Positions 14,929 through 24,655 of a DNA stretch of 64,000 nt are shown piece by piece. The DNA lies in the IMG/VR virus record IMGVR_UViG_3300045988_132388. One strand, 5' to 3'. A program made the translations under genes and the position numbers. Origin of the DNA: a virus. The notes under the pieces are model-generated. The model ran no database searches. It saw only the letters and a program-made list of their open reading frames with translations, and was not told where the DNA came from. Positions within the stretch are counted from its first letter, which is position 1; every line of letters starts with the position of its first letter.

Positions 14929-17900
14929 TTATGCCTTACCTTTCATAAACTGATAGGCTTTTGTCATGCTGTCATAGAGTTTACCACGGCCATACATATC
15001 TATTCTTGCCTCTATTGGCTCGTCGAGACGCACGAGGAGGGCTCGTACGGCTTGCAGGAGGGCTGCATTGCTGGCGACGCTTGCTGTCAACAGGTCGTCT
15101 GCCGCTGACGCGCCAGACGGGAGATTACCTATGGTCTCGCCAACGTTGCCATTATCAAATGCCCGGCGGGACGCGCTGCGTCCCGAATAGTTGCGGTCGT
15201 AATTGACGAGAGCCTTCAGAAGTTGCGGATTGTTCATCATCATGGCTTGTGTGGTCTCGCGTCCGATTACCAATTCTGGGCCATTCTCGGCTACTAAGGA
15301 TGGTTGGCCGTTGATGGTGGTGGCGGTAGGCTGTGTGAGGAGCGATACGCCATCGTGGGGCTTGTTGTCCTCTGTTGCCCAATAGAGACTGCCATCGTTG
15401 CCAACGAACGGTTTCAGGTCTTGCACGTTACCGGAATCGTAAGTAAGCATGCCGGAGACGATTTTGGTGTTTTTGCCGGAAGAAGATGTGTTTGCCTTAT
15501 CACCTCCTCCAATCTTACTGATAGCAAAGTTGAGCAAGCCCATAAGGGTAGCCATCATTGCACTAAAGGCGATTGGTCCGGCGATAGGTCCGAGAGTGCT
15601 GACACACCAGCCGAAGATACCTGCTGAACGAAGGGCTGCCATTACTTGCTGATGAATACCTTCAAGTTGCTGTTCGGTCAAATGCGTTGCTTCATCCGCA
15701 GCTATCATTGCTTCCCCATTAGCTACCTGTCCTTGAACTTGTGCCGTACCGAACGCCTGCTGCATAAGGAGCAACTGCGTATAGTGAGCCGTGGTCTGCG
15801 CACGGTCTATTTGCTGTTGGCTTATCATCTGAAGGGTGTTGGTGGCAAACGCTTTTATCATCTGCTTTAAGGCTGTCTTCAATGCCTTGCGTCCTTCAGA
15901 AGCGTTTTCGGTCATAGTGGCAAAAGCATCGCCCACCGACTCGCCGAAGGTTTGCAACGGTCCCATGAAGGTAAGAAGTGAATTATACTGCTCAAACATA
16001 TCTCCCGTGAGCTTCTTGGCATAGTTAGCCTGTTCTGCCATGATTGACTTTCGGGCATCAGCAAGATGTAGCTCACTGGCGTTGTGCTCTTCGAGGAACC
16101 TATAATATCGCTCGGCAAACTCCATGCGAGCCTTCATTAGTTCAAGTTCAGGATCGGAAGCCTGTACCGACTCCATACCCATACGCTGACCGGCATTACG
16201 GTAGCCACCCTTGACTGCCACCTCTTGCTCTGCACCAGGTAGAGCTTTCTGATATTCCTTATAATAATCAGTCTTAGACCATCCGTAATCATTCAGTCTC
16301 TTGCGCTCGTCGTCGCCCTTCTTGCTTGCCGACTCGTATTCGTTGTTATACTTTATCAGTTCGAGATAAAGAGCCTTGAGATTTTGCGCCGAGAGTTTTG
16401 AAAAATCGAAGCCCTCATTTGCTACAGACAGGAACTGAAGGAACTGATTCTGAAATTCCTCGCTTTCCGGATTGAGACTATATAATACAGTAATAGACTC
16501 GCGTGCCTTAGTAGTCAGCTTGTCAAAAGCAACATTCATCTTTTCAAGACCTTCGGGAGAGTCGGTACGAATACCCGCGGCTGGCTGCAGGAAACCTAAG
16601 CGATCGAAATTGCTACGGGTGTTGCGGTCAACAGCACCTGTATAGTCATGTTCGTTCAAGATCTTCTGTATCTCGCGCTGACGGGCAAGCAACTTCTCTG
16701 CTGCCTCGCGCAATTCCTTAGAGCCATTGGCAAATATCTGGTCGAGCAATGCGCCGAGGTTTTCTGCGAGAGTCTTATTGTTTTCGCGAGAGAGGTCGCC
16801 GGACAGTTTGGTGAACAATTTATGAAGTTCGCCCACATCCGCTTTGCCAATCAAATCGAGCAGTTGCTTAGAAGTTTCCTCATCGTAAACCATCACATCC
16901 TCGTCCATGTGGGAATAGAACTCTTTCCAGCCATCGCCAAGATTAGTGATAGACTGGCGAGCCGTACCAAGAGCACGATCCATTTGCGATTGTAGATAAT
17001 CCAACTGTTCCTTCTGCTGACCTTCACTAATCTTCTCCCCATCGGCATTCATCTGAACCACCCATTCCAGGTATTTGCGCATTTGTTCCTCATAGAAAGC
17101 CTTGATATTAGCGATAAGCGCATTGGCACGGTCTTTTGCTATGTTCTTTTCATCACGGTTAGGATTACCACCGGAACCAGTGTTTCCCCCACCTTTACCA
17201 CCACCAACAATTTTTTCCTTTTTCTTGTCTTTCTTGTCATCAACAACAAGTTTTGCTCCAAATTCTTTATACAACGCATCCTCTTGTGCAACAATATCTT
17301 TATATTCGCGTAGAGCTTTATTACGCGCCCACTCTGCTGCATACTTTTGCATCCGTTGTCCGATAGCACCGGATGCCTGTCCACCCATCGCAGCACCACC
17401 CGAAGTGACCGGTGTTGCTCCAAAATATTTTTTAGAAGACTTCGCAAGTTTTTTCGAGTCAAGAGAATATGTAGGGTTAGGTGTACCGGAAAAGGTATTC
17501 ACATTAGTATTGGCATACGCTTCTGTCTTCTGCTGAAGTTTAAGGAAAGCATCCACTTTTTTACGTCCAAGTTCGGCAAGTTTAGAGCGAGCACCTTCCA
17601 GTTCATAGTAACTCTGCAAACGCGTGAAGTTTTTATCCCAAGCCTTAGTGTTCTCTTTAACAGCTCCTGTCTCTGAGTTAATCTTTGCGTTAAGGTTAGG
17701 AATAGCGCTATTCAACTTTTCCATAGCTTGACGACGAAGAGCCATAGAGGCTGTAGTATCGTGCATCACGTTGTGCAAACTCTTCAAGGATTCTTGCTCC
17801 TCCATAGCTCTGCGCTTACCTTCCTCTTGAACCTCATTGAGCACTCGCTGTCCTGCTGACACCTGATAAAGCGAAGCCGTCCACTGGGCAAGTTTCACAA

Positions 17901-20397
17901 CAAGAACTCCAGCAAGACCAATAAGACCGCCCATCACACTCATCTGTCCCACAAAAGATAACTTCTTGAAAGACGAAAACATCACATTCCAAGCGTTCGC
18001 AAGAGACATTGTTTTGCCAGTCAACCCAGTTGTAAGTTCTGCTAACTTAGCAAACGCACCGGCTACTCCTGCCGTACCCAACATAGTAACGAGCGTCGGC
18101 AACATACTAAGGAACAGCTTCATTGCGGTCATAAGCAGCATAATAAGCATACGCACCTCGGTCATAAACGTAATGTTATGAACGAGAGCATCCACCATTT
18201 CATACCATGCCTTAGCCAAATCGCGCACCGGACCACTTGCAGCATCTGCCGAAACGAACTGCTTCTCAAAAAGGTTAGCGGCTCGTTCCATATATGCAGC
18301 AGCGGTCTCCTGCTGCATTTCATACTCCGTAGTAACAGCCGTACCCTCATTGAAAGCCTTGTTAGATTCAGTAACGGCCTTGTCGAGCATACCTACTTTT
18401 TCTGCCATCGTAACCATGACCTTAGTAAGACGAGCACCGTCCTCAGAACCAAGATCCTTGAAGAGAGAGTTTAGCGCAAACACGTTCTTGCTTTCGTGCA
18501 TCTTATGGAATATAGTTTGAATGGCTTCCATACCTTTGCCTTCCTCAACCATCTTCTTCAACGATCCTTGCGCAATGCCAAGGTCTTTTTCTATTGAAGA
18601 AGTTCCCTTGCGCAACTCTACCACAAGTTTACCAAACGCAGTAGCTGCCACTTCGGGCTCAAGGGCCATGGAGTCTACAGCAGAACCGATAGCGAGAATG
18701 TCAGGTGTCGTAAGGGATGCTGCATCACCAAGCGCAAGCAAACGGTTGGAGAAGTCAACGATTTTGCCCGAACTGGCCGTAGATGTAGATGCCAATCGGA
18801 AAATGGCAGAGCCAGTTCTCAGCATAGCATCTTCCACGCCATACTTATCTATAAGGCCCGACACCTCAGTAATCTTAGCAAGAGCCGTTAACGCTTCAGC
18901 GCCCAAATCCTCTTTCAATGCGACGTTTACCTGGTCGGCGGCACGAACGAAACCTGCTAAATCTTTAGTTGTAACGCCAAGCTTAGCTCCCGCATAGGCC
19001 AAGTTGTTTAGCTCTTCTATGCTTGTACGGGTCTCAATTTTAGAAAGTTCCTTAGACAACTGAGCCACGTCTTCTTGTGAACTTAGCGCAACCTTGCGGA
19101 TATTGGTAAGCTGTTCTGCAAACTTGGCGTTCAGACGAAATATATCAAAGAGATATGTCTTGAGCATATTGAACGCTGAAAACAATCCGACGTATGCCGT
19201 GAGGTTCTTCAGGGCTGTCTGCCATGCCCCGCCCTGCTTGTGTGCTGCGCCCGTCGCCTCGTCGATATTCTTCTTCAGCTCCTTCATCGACTTCTGTCTG
19301 TCAGCAAACTCCTTACTCTTGGTATTAATTTGGTTCAGTTCCTCTTCGAGTTGCTTGTAAGCACGACGCAGTTCGTCGAGAGAAGCCTTGCCTTGCTTGC
19401 TACGAGTGAGAATGTCGTTAAGAGCCATCTGCGACATGCGGGTACCCTTGAGGGTCTGTTCGAGCATGGAGTATTGGCGACGGAGGTCGGCTACATACTT
19501 GCTACCAGCGGGGAGTTGTTGTATCTTCTGTGCGATTACTTCCATCGTGCGCTTGATGTCTTCACCCGAAGCCTTGTTAGGTTCAGCCAATACCTGCTTC
19601 ATCTGCTTCCAGCTCATTGATGCTTTCTGAGTCTTACCCGACACAGCCTCTAATCGCTTCTCTATCTCCTGGAGCTCGCTGTTGTATTTTGCAATATCAG
19701 CCGAATTGCCTGTAGGTGTATTGTCGCGAGCCTCAGTAAGCGTAGACTTGGCTCGGCGCAAATCAGATGCCGAAGCGTTTTGACTGGTTACGGTCTGACG
19801 AGCCTCAGTTACGCTCATCTTACCCTTGCGTCTGTCCTCCTCGGCTTCAAGCTGCTTCAATGTGGCGAGATTCTGCTGATAGGACGCATCCGATTTTTGC
19901 AGCGAACCTACGAGGTCACGCTGTTGCTTGATGGCCTTGTCGAGCCATTGATCTGACTGGTTGGAGACATTCTTCAGACCATCAGCAATCTTGACGTACT
20001 GACCCTCTATAAGGCGTATCTCATCACCCACCTGCTTCATCTCGCTTCGTATCTGCTCTGCCCTTTTCAGGTCGGCATCCGAGCCGGTAAGTTTAGCGAG
20101 AGCCGACTTGCCAGAACCCATAGCGCGGCGCAGATCGCGGAGCTTAGTATTGGTGAGGTCTTGCACCACCTCGCCCAATCGTTTCGTGTCCTCGATATTG
20201 TCGCGCTGCACTTGCGAGAGAGCCTTTAGCGTGCGTTCAGCCTGCTTACACTCAGCCGTATTAGCCTGACCTGCGGCTGTCATCCTCTGAATGTCGGCAG
20301 TATATTTTTGCACAAGATTGTCAATCTCTTCCAACACCTTCTTGGCTGTAGAGGCATTGGCCGTGATTACTACTTTTGCTAATCTTTGTGTTGCCAT
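14929..20397 (-). CDS. tail tape measure protein
   Basis: 1822 aa. The sequence is Ala/Gln/Lys/Glu-rich and coiled-coil-like with central hydrophobic segments. It has a tape-measure-core-like stretch (AKLGVTTKDLAGFVRAADQVNVALKEDLGAEALTALAKITEVSGLIDKYGV). Confidence 0.9.
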   Translation of the reverse strand: MATQRLAKVVITANASTAKKVLEEIDNLVQKYTADIQRMTAAGQANTAECKQAERTLKALSQVQRDNIEDTKRLGEVVQDLTNTKLRDLRRAMGSGKSALAKLTGSDADLKRAEQIRSEMKQVGDEIRLIEGQYVKIADGLKNVSNQSDQWLDKAIKQQRDLVGSLQKSDASYQQNLATLKQLEAEEDRRKGKMSVTEARQTVTSQNASASDLRRAKSTLTEARDNTPTGNSADIAKYNSELQEIEKRLEAVSGKTQKASMSWKQMKQVLAEPNKASGEDIKRTMEVIAQKIQQLPAGSKYVADLRRQYSMLEQTLKGTRMSQMALNDILTRSKQGKASLDELRRAYKQLEEELNQINTKSKEFADRQKSMKELKKNIDEATGAAHKQGGAWQTALKNLTAYVGLFSAFNMLKTYLFDIFRLNAKFAEQLTNIRKVALSSQEDVAQLSKELSKIETRTSIEELNNLAYAGAKLGVTTKDLAGFVRAADQVNVALKEDLGAEALTALAKITEVSGLIDKYGVEDAMLRTGSAIFRLASTSTASSGKIVDFSNRLLALGDAASLTTPDILAIGSAVDSMALEPEVAATAFGKLVVELRKGTSSIEKDLGIAQGSLKKMVEEGKGMEAIQTIFHKMHESKNVFALNSLFKDLGSEDGARLTKVMVTMAEKVGMLDKAVTESNKAFNEGTAVTTEYEMQQETAAAYMERAANLFEKQFVSADAASGPVRDLAKAWYEMVDALVHNITFMTEVRMLIMLLMTAMKLFLSMLPTLVTMLGTAGVAGAFAKLAELTTGLTGKTMSLANAWNVMFSSFKKLSFVGQMSVMGGLIGLAGVLVVKLAQWTASLYQVSAGQRVLNEVQEEGKRRAMEEQESLKSLHNVMHDTTASMALRRQAMEKLNSAIPNLNAKINSETGAVKENTKAWDKNFTRLQSYYELEGARSKLAELGRKKVDAFLKLQQKTEAYANTNVNTFSGTPNPTYSLDSKKLAKSSKKYFGATPVTSGGAAMGGQASGAIGQRMQKYAAEWARNKALREYKDIVAQEDALYKEFGAKLVVDDKKDKKKEKIVGGGKGGGNTGSGGNPNRDEKNIAKDRANALIANIKAFYEEQMRKYLEWVVQMNADGEKISEGQQKEQLDYLQSQMDRALGTARQSITNLGDGWKEFYSHMDEDVMVYDEETSKQLLDLIGKADVGELHKLFTKLSGDLSRENNKTLAENLGALLDQIFANGSKELREAAEKLLARQREIQKILNEHDYTGAVDRNTRSNFDRLGFLQPAAGIRTDSPEGLEKMNVAFDKLTTKARESITVLYSLNPESEEFQNQFLQFLSVANEGFDFSKLSAQNLKALYLELIKYNNEYESASKKGDDERKRLNDYGWSKTDYYKEYQKALPGAEQEVAVKGGYRNAGQRMGMESVQASDPELELMKARMEFAERYYRFLEEHNASELHLADARKSIMAEQANYAKKLTGDMFEQYNSLLTFMGPLQTFGESVGDAFATMTENASEGRKALKTALKQMIKAFATNTLQMISQQQIDRAQTTAHYTQLLLMQQAFGTAQVQGQVANGEAMIAADEATHLTEQQLEGIHQQVMAALRSAGIFGWCVSTLGPIAGPIAFSAMMATLMGLLNFAISKIGGGDKANTSSSGKNTKIVSGMLTYDSGNVQDLKPFVGNDGSLYWATEDNKPHDGVSLLTQPTATTINGQPSLVAENGPELVIGRETTQAMMMNNPQLLKALVNYDRNYSGRSASRRAFDNGNVGETIGNLPSGASAADDLLTASVASNAALLQAVRALLVRLDEPIEARIDMYGRGKLYDSMTKAYQFMKGKA

Positions 20398-20419
20398 TGT
20401 TATTATTGTTTTTGTGTTG

Positions 20420-20947
20420 TTAGAGTGTGATATGAATATCCGAATTCTCGAAAGCCTTAATTATCTGTGCTTCGCCTTGGTAGCCGTAGAAATCAACGAG
20501 ATAGTTTTGCATACGTGTCTGCAGGTGTCGAAGCTCCATCATAATGGCAGGACGCTGTGACCGACCCGCTCCATAGCGTTTCCATGAACGGACGTAGCGT
20601 CTTGCGTAGTTGGCCTTTCGTGCGCTATCCACATCGTTGTACTTAGTACCGAGACCTACACCCATATCTACAAAGCGCATATAGTCGTTGTAGGTAAACT
20701 CGTAGGTCCAGCCTTCGGGAGTGTCGTTCACAATCCTGCCTTGGAAAGAGTTTACGCCCACTCCTTCGGCGTGCCATTGACCGCGTGCCGCACGAGCCGC
20801 ATTGACTGCTCTGAATCCGCTATAGATTTCCTTCGGATAGATACATTGCGTCTCGGTGTTAATCTTGAGCTGACGCAGAACGTCGCCAAGATACCAACGT
20901 GCGGTGTCTTGAAGGTCGAAGGCGGGAGATTGAATAGCTTTAGCCAT
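20420..20947 (-). CDS. hypothetical protein (tail-assembly position)
   Basis: 175-aa ORF directly upstream of the tape measure gene. No motif recognised. Confidence 0.65.
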   Translation of the reverse strand: MAKAIQSPAFDLQDTARWYLGDVLRQLKINTETQCIYPKEIYSGFRAVNAARAARGQWHAEGVGVNSFQGRIVNDTPEGWTYEFTYNDYMRFVDMGVGLGTKYNDVDSARKANYARRYVRSWKRYGAGRSQRPAIMMELRHLQTRMQNYLVDFYGYQGEAQIIKAFENSDIHITL

Positions 20948-20958
20948 ACCCTACCCTC

Positions 20959-21549
20959 CTATCCTTTCGTGTTGTCCTTTGGCACGATATACTTGCCGTT
21001 GCTGCCACACGCGAAGTTGTAGAGCGGTTGCAGGCTCTTCCAATCCATGCCCACTACGAGCCATTGTCCGGCATAGATGTCGCCCACCAAACCGAAGGAG
21101 ATGGAACTGGTGTCGATGCTTTGCAACTCTGCCATCACCACGGCATCGTCGGCAAAACTGCGCTTTGTGACGGGGCAGCGGCCTGTGCGTTTCACCTCAA
21201 GAAGCCACGACACGAGGTCTTTACAATAGTCCTTCAGACTTTCGGCTGTCTGTTCTATCTTGCGACCGTCGTAACGGCCAAGGGTCTGCGGTGTGTCTTT
21301 TACTTTAGCGAGAAACCACACCTGCTGAGAGACAGATGCCTTCTTTGCGTCAACGAGTTCGCCAGTGGTAATGATACTGTATAGCATGCAGGGCGAGTGT
21401 ATGATGTTGGCGTTACGGGAAAAGATGTTCTCAAGGTCGATGTAGCGGATGCGGAAGAAACTCTGGTCTTCGAGGCGTTCGCTTTCGGGTTTATGAGAAA
21501 GGGGCTTGTAAATGGAAGCCCAATGCTCAAGAATGTTGCTTATTGTCAT
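20959..21549 (-). CDS. hypothetical protein (tail module)
   Basis: 196-aa ORF, 11 nt from the next gene. Confidence 0.65.
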   Translation of the reverse strand: MTISNILEHWASIYKPLSHKPESERLEDQSFFRIRYIDLENIFSRNANIIHSPCMLYSIITTGELVDAKKASVSQQVWFLAKVKDTPQTLGRYDGRKIEQTAESLKDYCKDLVSWLLEVKRTGRCPVTKRSFADDAVVMAELQSIDTSSISFGLVGDIYAGQWLVVGMDWKSLQPLYNFACGSNGKYIVPKDNTKG

Positions 21550-21589
21550 AGTGCTATATATTTATTAACCGCAGAATACGCAGAAACTC

Positions 21590-22120
21590 TTATTTTGCTG
21601 ACTCATCCGATGTTTCCGATGCTTCAGCTTCCTCCTTATCCTTCATCAGCTCTTTCAGCTTCACGTTGAAGTGTCGCTCGGTCTTGTCTGCCACAATCTT
21701 TTGCAGCACTCTTGCCCAAGCCGCTCCGTTGCAGGTGCTCTCGTTCTCAAGTATGCTGACGAACTGTACGAGGCAGTACATGGCGGTGAGCTGGTTGGCG
21801 AGGTGGGTGTTCATATAGCCCAACACGTTGCGGTCGAGATACGAGGCGAGGCAAATGCACATGATGAGCACAGAAAAGGTCCACACCATCTTTGCCATCT
21901 TCTTGGAGCGCAGCTTACCATCCATCTTGCACTTTGGGTTGCGCTTGATGGCTTCGCGGTATCTTTGGTAGATGCGTCGGTTGCACCGCCACGCCGTGTA
22001 GCAGTCGATGATGAGAGCGAAGAAGCACACGGTGATAAAATTGATCGAGGGCTCTATGTGAACCCACAGCAAGCCGAGCACTGCGGCAATGGCTCGCGAG
22101 ATGTAGAAGGGGTTGTTCAT
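21590..22120 (-). CDS. holin-like membrane protein
   Basis: 176 aa with several TM helices. QFVSILENES resembles the Phage_holin_4-type motif. The C-terminus is charged. Confidence 0.55.
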   Translation of the reverse strand: MNNPFYISRAIAAVLGLLWVHIEPSINFITVCFFALIIDCYTAWRCNRRIYQRYREAIKRNPKCKMDGKLRSKKMAKMVWTFSVLIMCICLASYLDRNVLGYMNTHLANQLTAMYCLVQFVSILENESTCNGAAWARVLQKIVADKTERHFNVKLKELMKDKEEAEASETSDESAK

Positions 22121-22278
22121 TTTTGTGTTGTGTTTTATGTGTTGTTGTTCTGAATTTTATACACAAAGTTACTGATAAACTGCTACGCACAGCGGACATG
22201 GTGGGGTGCGTGGAGATGGGGTATGTCCGTATGGGGAAGAAAGAATATCGTAACTTTGGCTACATAAAACACAACACT

Positions 22279-23082
22279 ATGTCAGGAATTACGCAAAATA
22301 CATTGGCTCGCATCGACAAGTGGCTCTCATACGGCACGAGCATACAGACGGCTTTTCCGAAGCTGGAGCAACGCTACCGTATGGAGGTGTGCTCGGAGTT
22401 CTACAAACGATGGGTGCGAAACAAGGACATCGACCCTCGGACCACCTGCTGCAATATTGCCCGACGCGACTATGAGATGTTCTTCAACCGTGCGGCGCAG
22501 GGCCACAAGGATGCGCAGGAAATGGTGCTTGCGCTGAAGATTACACTCGACGACGAGGGTAATATCCGTCCGCGCACCATTACGGAGCTCAACAACGACG
22601 TGATGGTGTGCAACCACCTGATACGTTTCTTTCAGACCGACGAGAGTCCACGCCACAGGGCTATGTATCTGAGCAGTGCCGAGTGGTTGATACGCACGGG
22701 TAAGCAGCAGAACAACGATCGTGCGGTGGATAAGGGTATGCAAGCCTTAGCTAATGTGTATGGCAACTTCCAGGAGGAGAAGGACGCTACGGACGAGATG
22801 CCGGACATGAGTCGCATTGCCATCACGCAGGACGTGAGTATCGTGAAGCGCGACCGCATCAACTACACCGAGGAGGAGAAGCTGCGCATGGCTCGCAAGT
22901 ATGGTCTCACCACCAAAGACCTGCAGGAGATAGAGGACGACGAGATGTTCGGCGACAAGCGCGAGGAGGAGCCGGACTATTTCGAGTATATGGAAGAGAA
23001 GGACGAGGAGGATGTGATTAGACACGGGTACATGAAAGAAAGCAAATTGACGAATCCTGAGCCAACGAATGATGCGGAATAA
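22279..23082 (+). CDS. hypothetical protein with an acidic C-terminus
   Basis: The ORF-track ORF starts at 22123. The ATG at 22279 (MSGITQNT...) is preceded by the CA-rich leader AAAACACAACACT seen before other genes, so it is the preferred start. Confidence 0.6.
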   Translation: MSGITQNTLARIDKWLSYGTSIQTAFPKLEQRYRMEVCSEFYKRWVRNKDIDPRTTCCNIARRDYEMFFNRAAQGHKDAQEMVLALKITLDDEGNIRPRTITELNNDVMVCNHLIRFFQTDESPRHRAMYLSSAEWLIRTGKQQNNDRAVDKGMQALANVYGNFQEEKDATDEMPDMSRIAITQDVSIVKRDRINYTEEEKLRMARKYGLTTKDLQEIEDDEMFGDKREEEPDYFEYMEEKDEEDVIRHGYMKESKLTNPEPTNDAE

Positions 23083-23105
23083 ACAGAAGATATAAAAGAA
23101 TAGAG

Positions 23106-24161
23106 ATGAAAATAGGACTCATAGACGTGGACGGACGACACGGCAAAAAGAAATGGGGAGCTACGATATACCCTAACGTGGCTCTCGGCAAGATTGCACG
23201 TTGGCACACGAAGTGGGGCGACAAGGTTGAATGGGCTCAGCCTACCAACCTTTTCGACAGGCATCATTACGACATACTGTATGCCAGCAAGGTGTTCAAC
23301 TTTTCGCCCGACATCGACTTTCGACAGTTCTCATTCGGCCGACTGGAGAAGGGTGGCACTGGCTATGACATCTATAAGCGCCTGCCTGACGAGATAGACC
23401 GACTGCAACCGCTATATGAGTTGTTCCCATGGGTACCAAAGAACCATGCTTACGGCAAACTGACCGAAGGCTGTCCCAACAAGTGTTTCTGGTGTGTAGT
23501 GCCAAAGAAGGAAGGACTCATACGCCCGTACATGGATATAGAGGAGATAGCCATCGAGGGCAGAACGCACGTTGTGCTGATGGACAACAACATTCTTGCG
23601 GCGGGCGACTATGCCAAGAAGCAGCTTCAGAAGATAATCGACCTCGGTCTGCATATCGACTTCAATCAGGCGATGGACGCACGGCTTGTCACTCCCGAAT
23701 ATGCCGAGCTGTTAGGCAAGGTGAAATGGATAGACTCCCGCATCCGCTTTGGTTGCGACACCACCGCACAGATTGCAGAATGTGAGCGAGCCATGCAACT
23801 TATCAATGCGGCAGGATTCCGTGGCGAATATTTCCTATATACCATGATAGGCGGAAAGAACGACTTTCGAGAATGTTTCCACCGTCTGCACTACTGGTGG
23901 GAGCGACTGCAACGCTTCCGCAAGAACCATGAAGGCAGAGCCGTGTATGCCTACGCACAACCATACCGCGACCCTACAAATCCCAATCACGCCATCCCCG
24001 AATGGCAGAAGGATATGGCCCGATGGTGCAACAAGCGAATGATATTCTACGCCACCGATTTCAAGGACTTCATGCCAAGAAAAGGATTCAGGTGCGAGGA
24101 ATATCTGAGGGAATACGAAGTGAACGGAAACGGAATCGAGGCATCTACTGCCTGTAGGTGA
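23106..24161 (+). CDS. radical SAM protein with a B12-binding-like N-terminal domain
   Basis: 351 aa. The CxxxCxxC motif GCPNKCFWC follows a Rossmann-like N-terminus (MKIGLIDVDG...). Confidence 0.75.
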   Translation: MKIGLIDVDGRHGKKKWGATIYPNVALGKIARWHTKWGDKVEWAQPTNLFDRHHYDILYASKVFNFSPDIDFRQFSFGRLEKGGTGYDIYKRLPDEIDRLQPLYELFPWVPKNHAYGKLTEGCPNKCFWCVVPKKEGLIRPYMDIEEIAIEGRTHVVLMDNNILAAGDYAKKQLQKIIDLGLHIDFNQAMDARLVTPEYAELLGKVKWIDSRIRFGCDTTAQIAECERAMQLINAAGFRGEYFLYTMIGGKNDFRECFHRLHYWWERLQRFRKNHEGRAVYAYAQPYRDPTNPNHAIPEWQKDMARWCNKRMIFYATDFKDFMPRKGFRCEEYLREYEVNGNGIEASTACR

Positions 24162-24287
24162 TAGGCATCACTTGATGAAGGTAATAGCATTGTTTACATA
24201 CAACAATGGGTATCGCTTTGTATGCAACTTTATAAAGTTACTCCTTGTGAGCTATGGGGCAAGTTTTCATAAAGAAAGGAATGAATT

Positions 24288-24650
24288 ATGATAGAAAAAG
24301 AAAATATCAAGGTTGGGTTGGATTTTGTTTTGCCATATAGAGAGTTCTATGACAAGGCAGAAGAGGAGAAATATCACAATCGTTTGATAAGTGGCAATAG
24401 AGAATGGCGTGGTCAGAGATACTATACAGATATACGACTTGCTGGGGTAGATGATACAGTAATAACGGCATACCAGCCGATTTTTAGAGTTGTTGAAATA
24501 ACAACAGTGGCTAACATAACTGGCGTGTATGATGTAGTTAGTATTAAAAATATAAAGAGTGCCAACGGGGATTTTGAGCAGATTGATTTCTCTTTTATAG
24601 AAGAATATGGTGAGGTTGTAATGGACAAGAAAAAAATGAAGATATTATAA
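24288..24650 (+). CDS. hypothetical protein
   Basis: 120-aa AT-rich ORF between the radical SAM and PAPS-reductase-like genes. Confidence 0.55.
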   Translation: MIEKENIKVGLDFVLPYREFYDKAEEEKYHNRLISGNREWRGQRYYTDIRLAGVDDTVITAYQPIFRVVEITTVANITGVYDVVSIKNIKSANGDFEQIDFSFIEEYGEVVMDKKKMKIL

Positions 24651-24655
24651 AAAAT

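Noticed and set aside
15000-20300. Many 60-160-aa plus-strand and alternative-frame ORFs inside the tape measure gene (for example 17102..17536, 18521..18997, 19240..19620)
   Set aside because: They are antisense or out-of-frame shadows of a single 1822-aa ORF. Their translations are low-complexity (Ser/Pro/Ala/Leu runs) and they have no independent start context.
20420-21549. Programmed -1 frameshift pair (gpG/gpGT-like) upstream of the tape measure gene
   Set aside because: The two ORFs are separated by 11 nt and do not overlap. I could not find a slippery heptamer with an overlapping extended frame.
22123-22278. N-terminal extension of the 22123..23082 ORF (MCCVLCVVVLNFIHK...)
   Set aside because: The extension is translated from the divergent promoter/leader region, which is the reverse complement of the CA-rich leader of the holin-like gene. 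The ATG at 22279 has the usual leader context.
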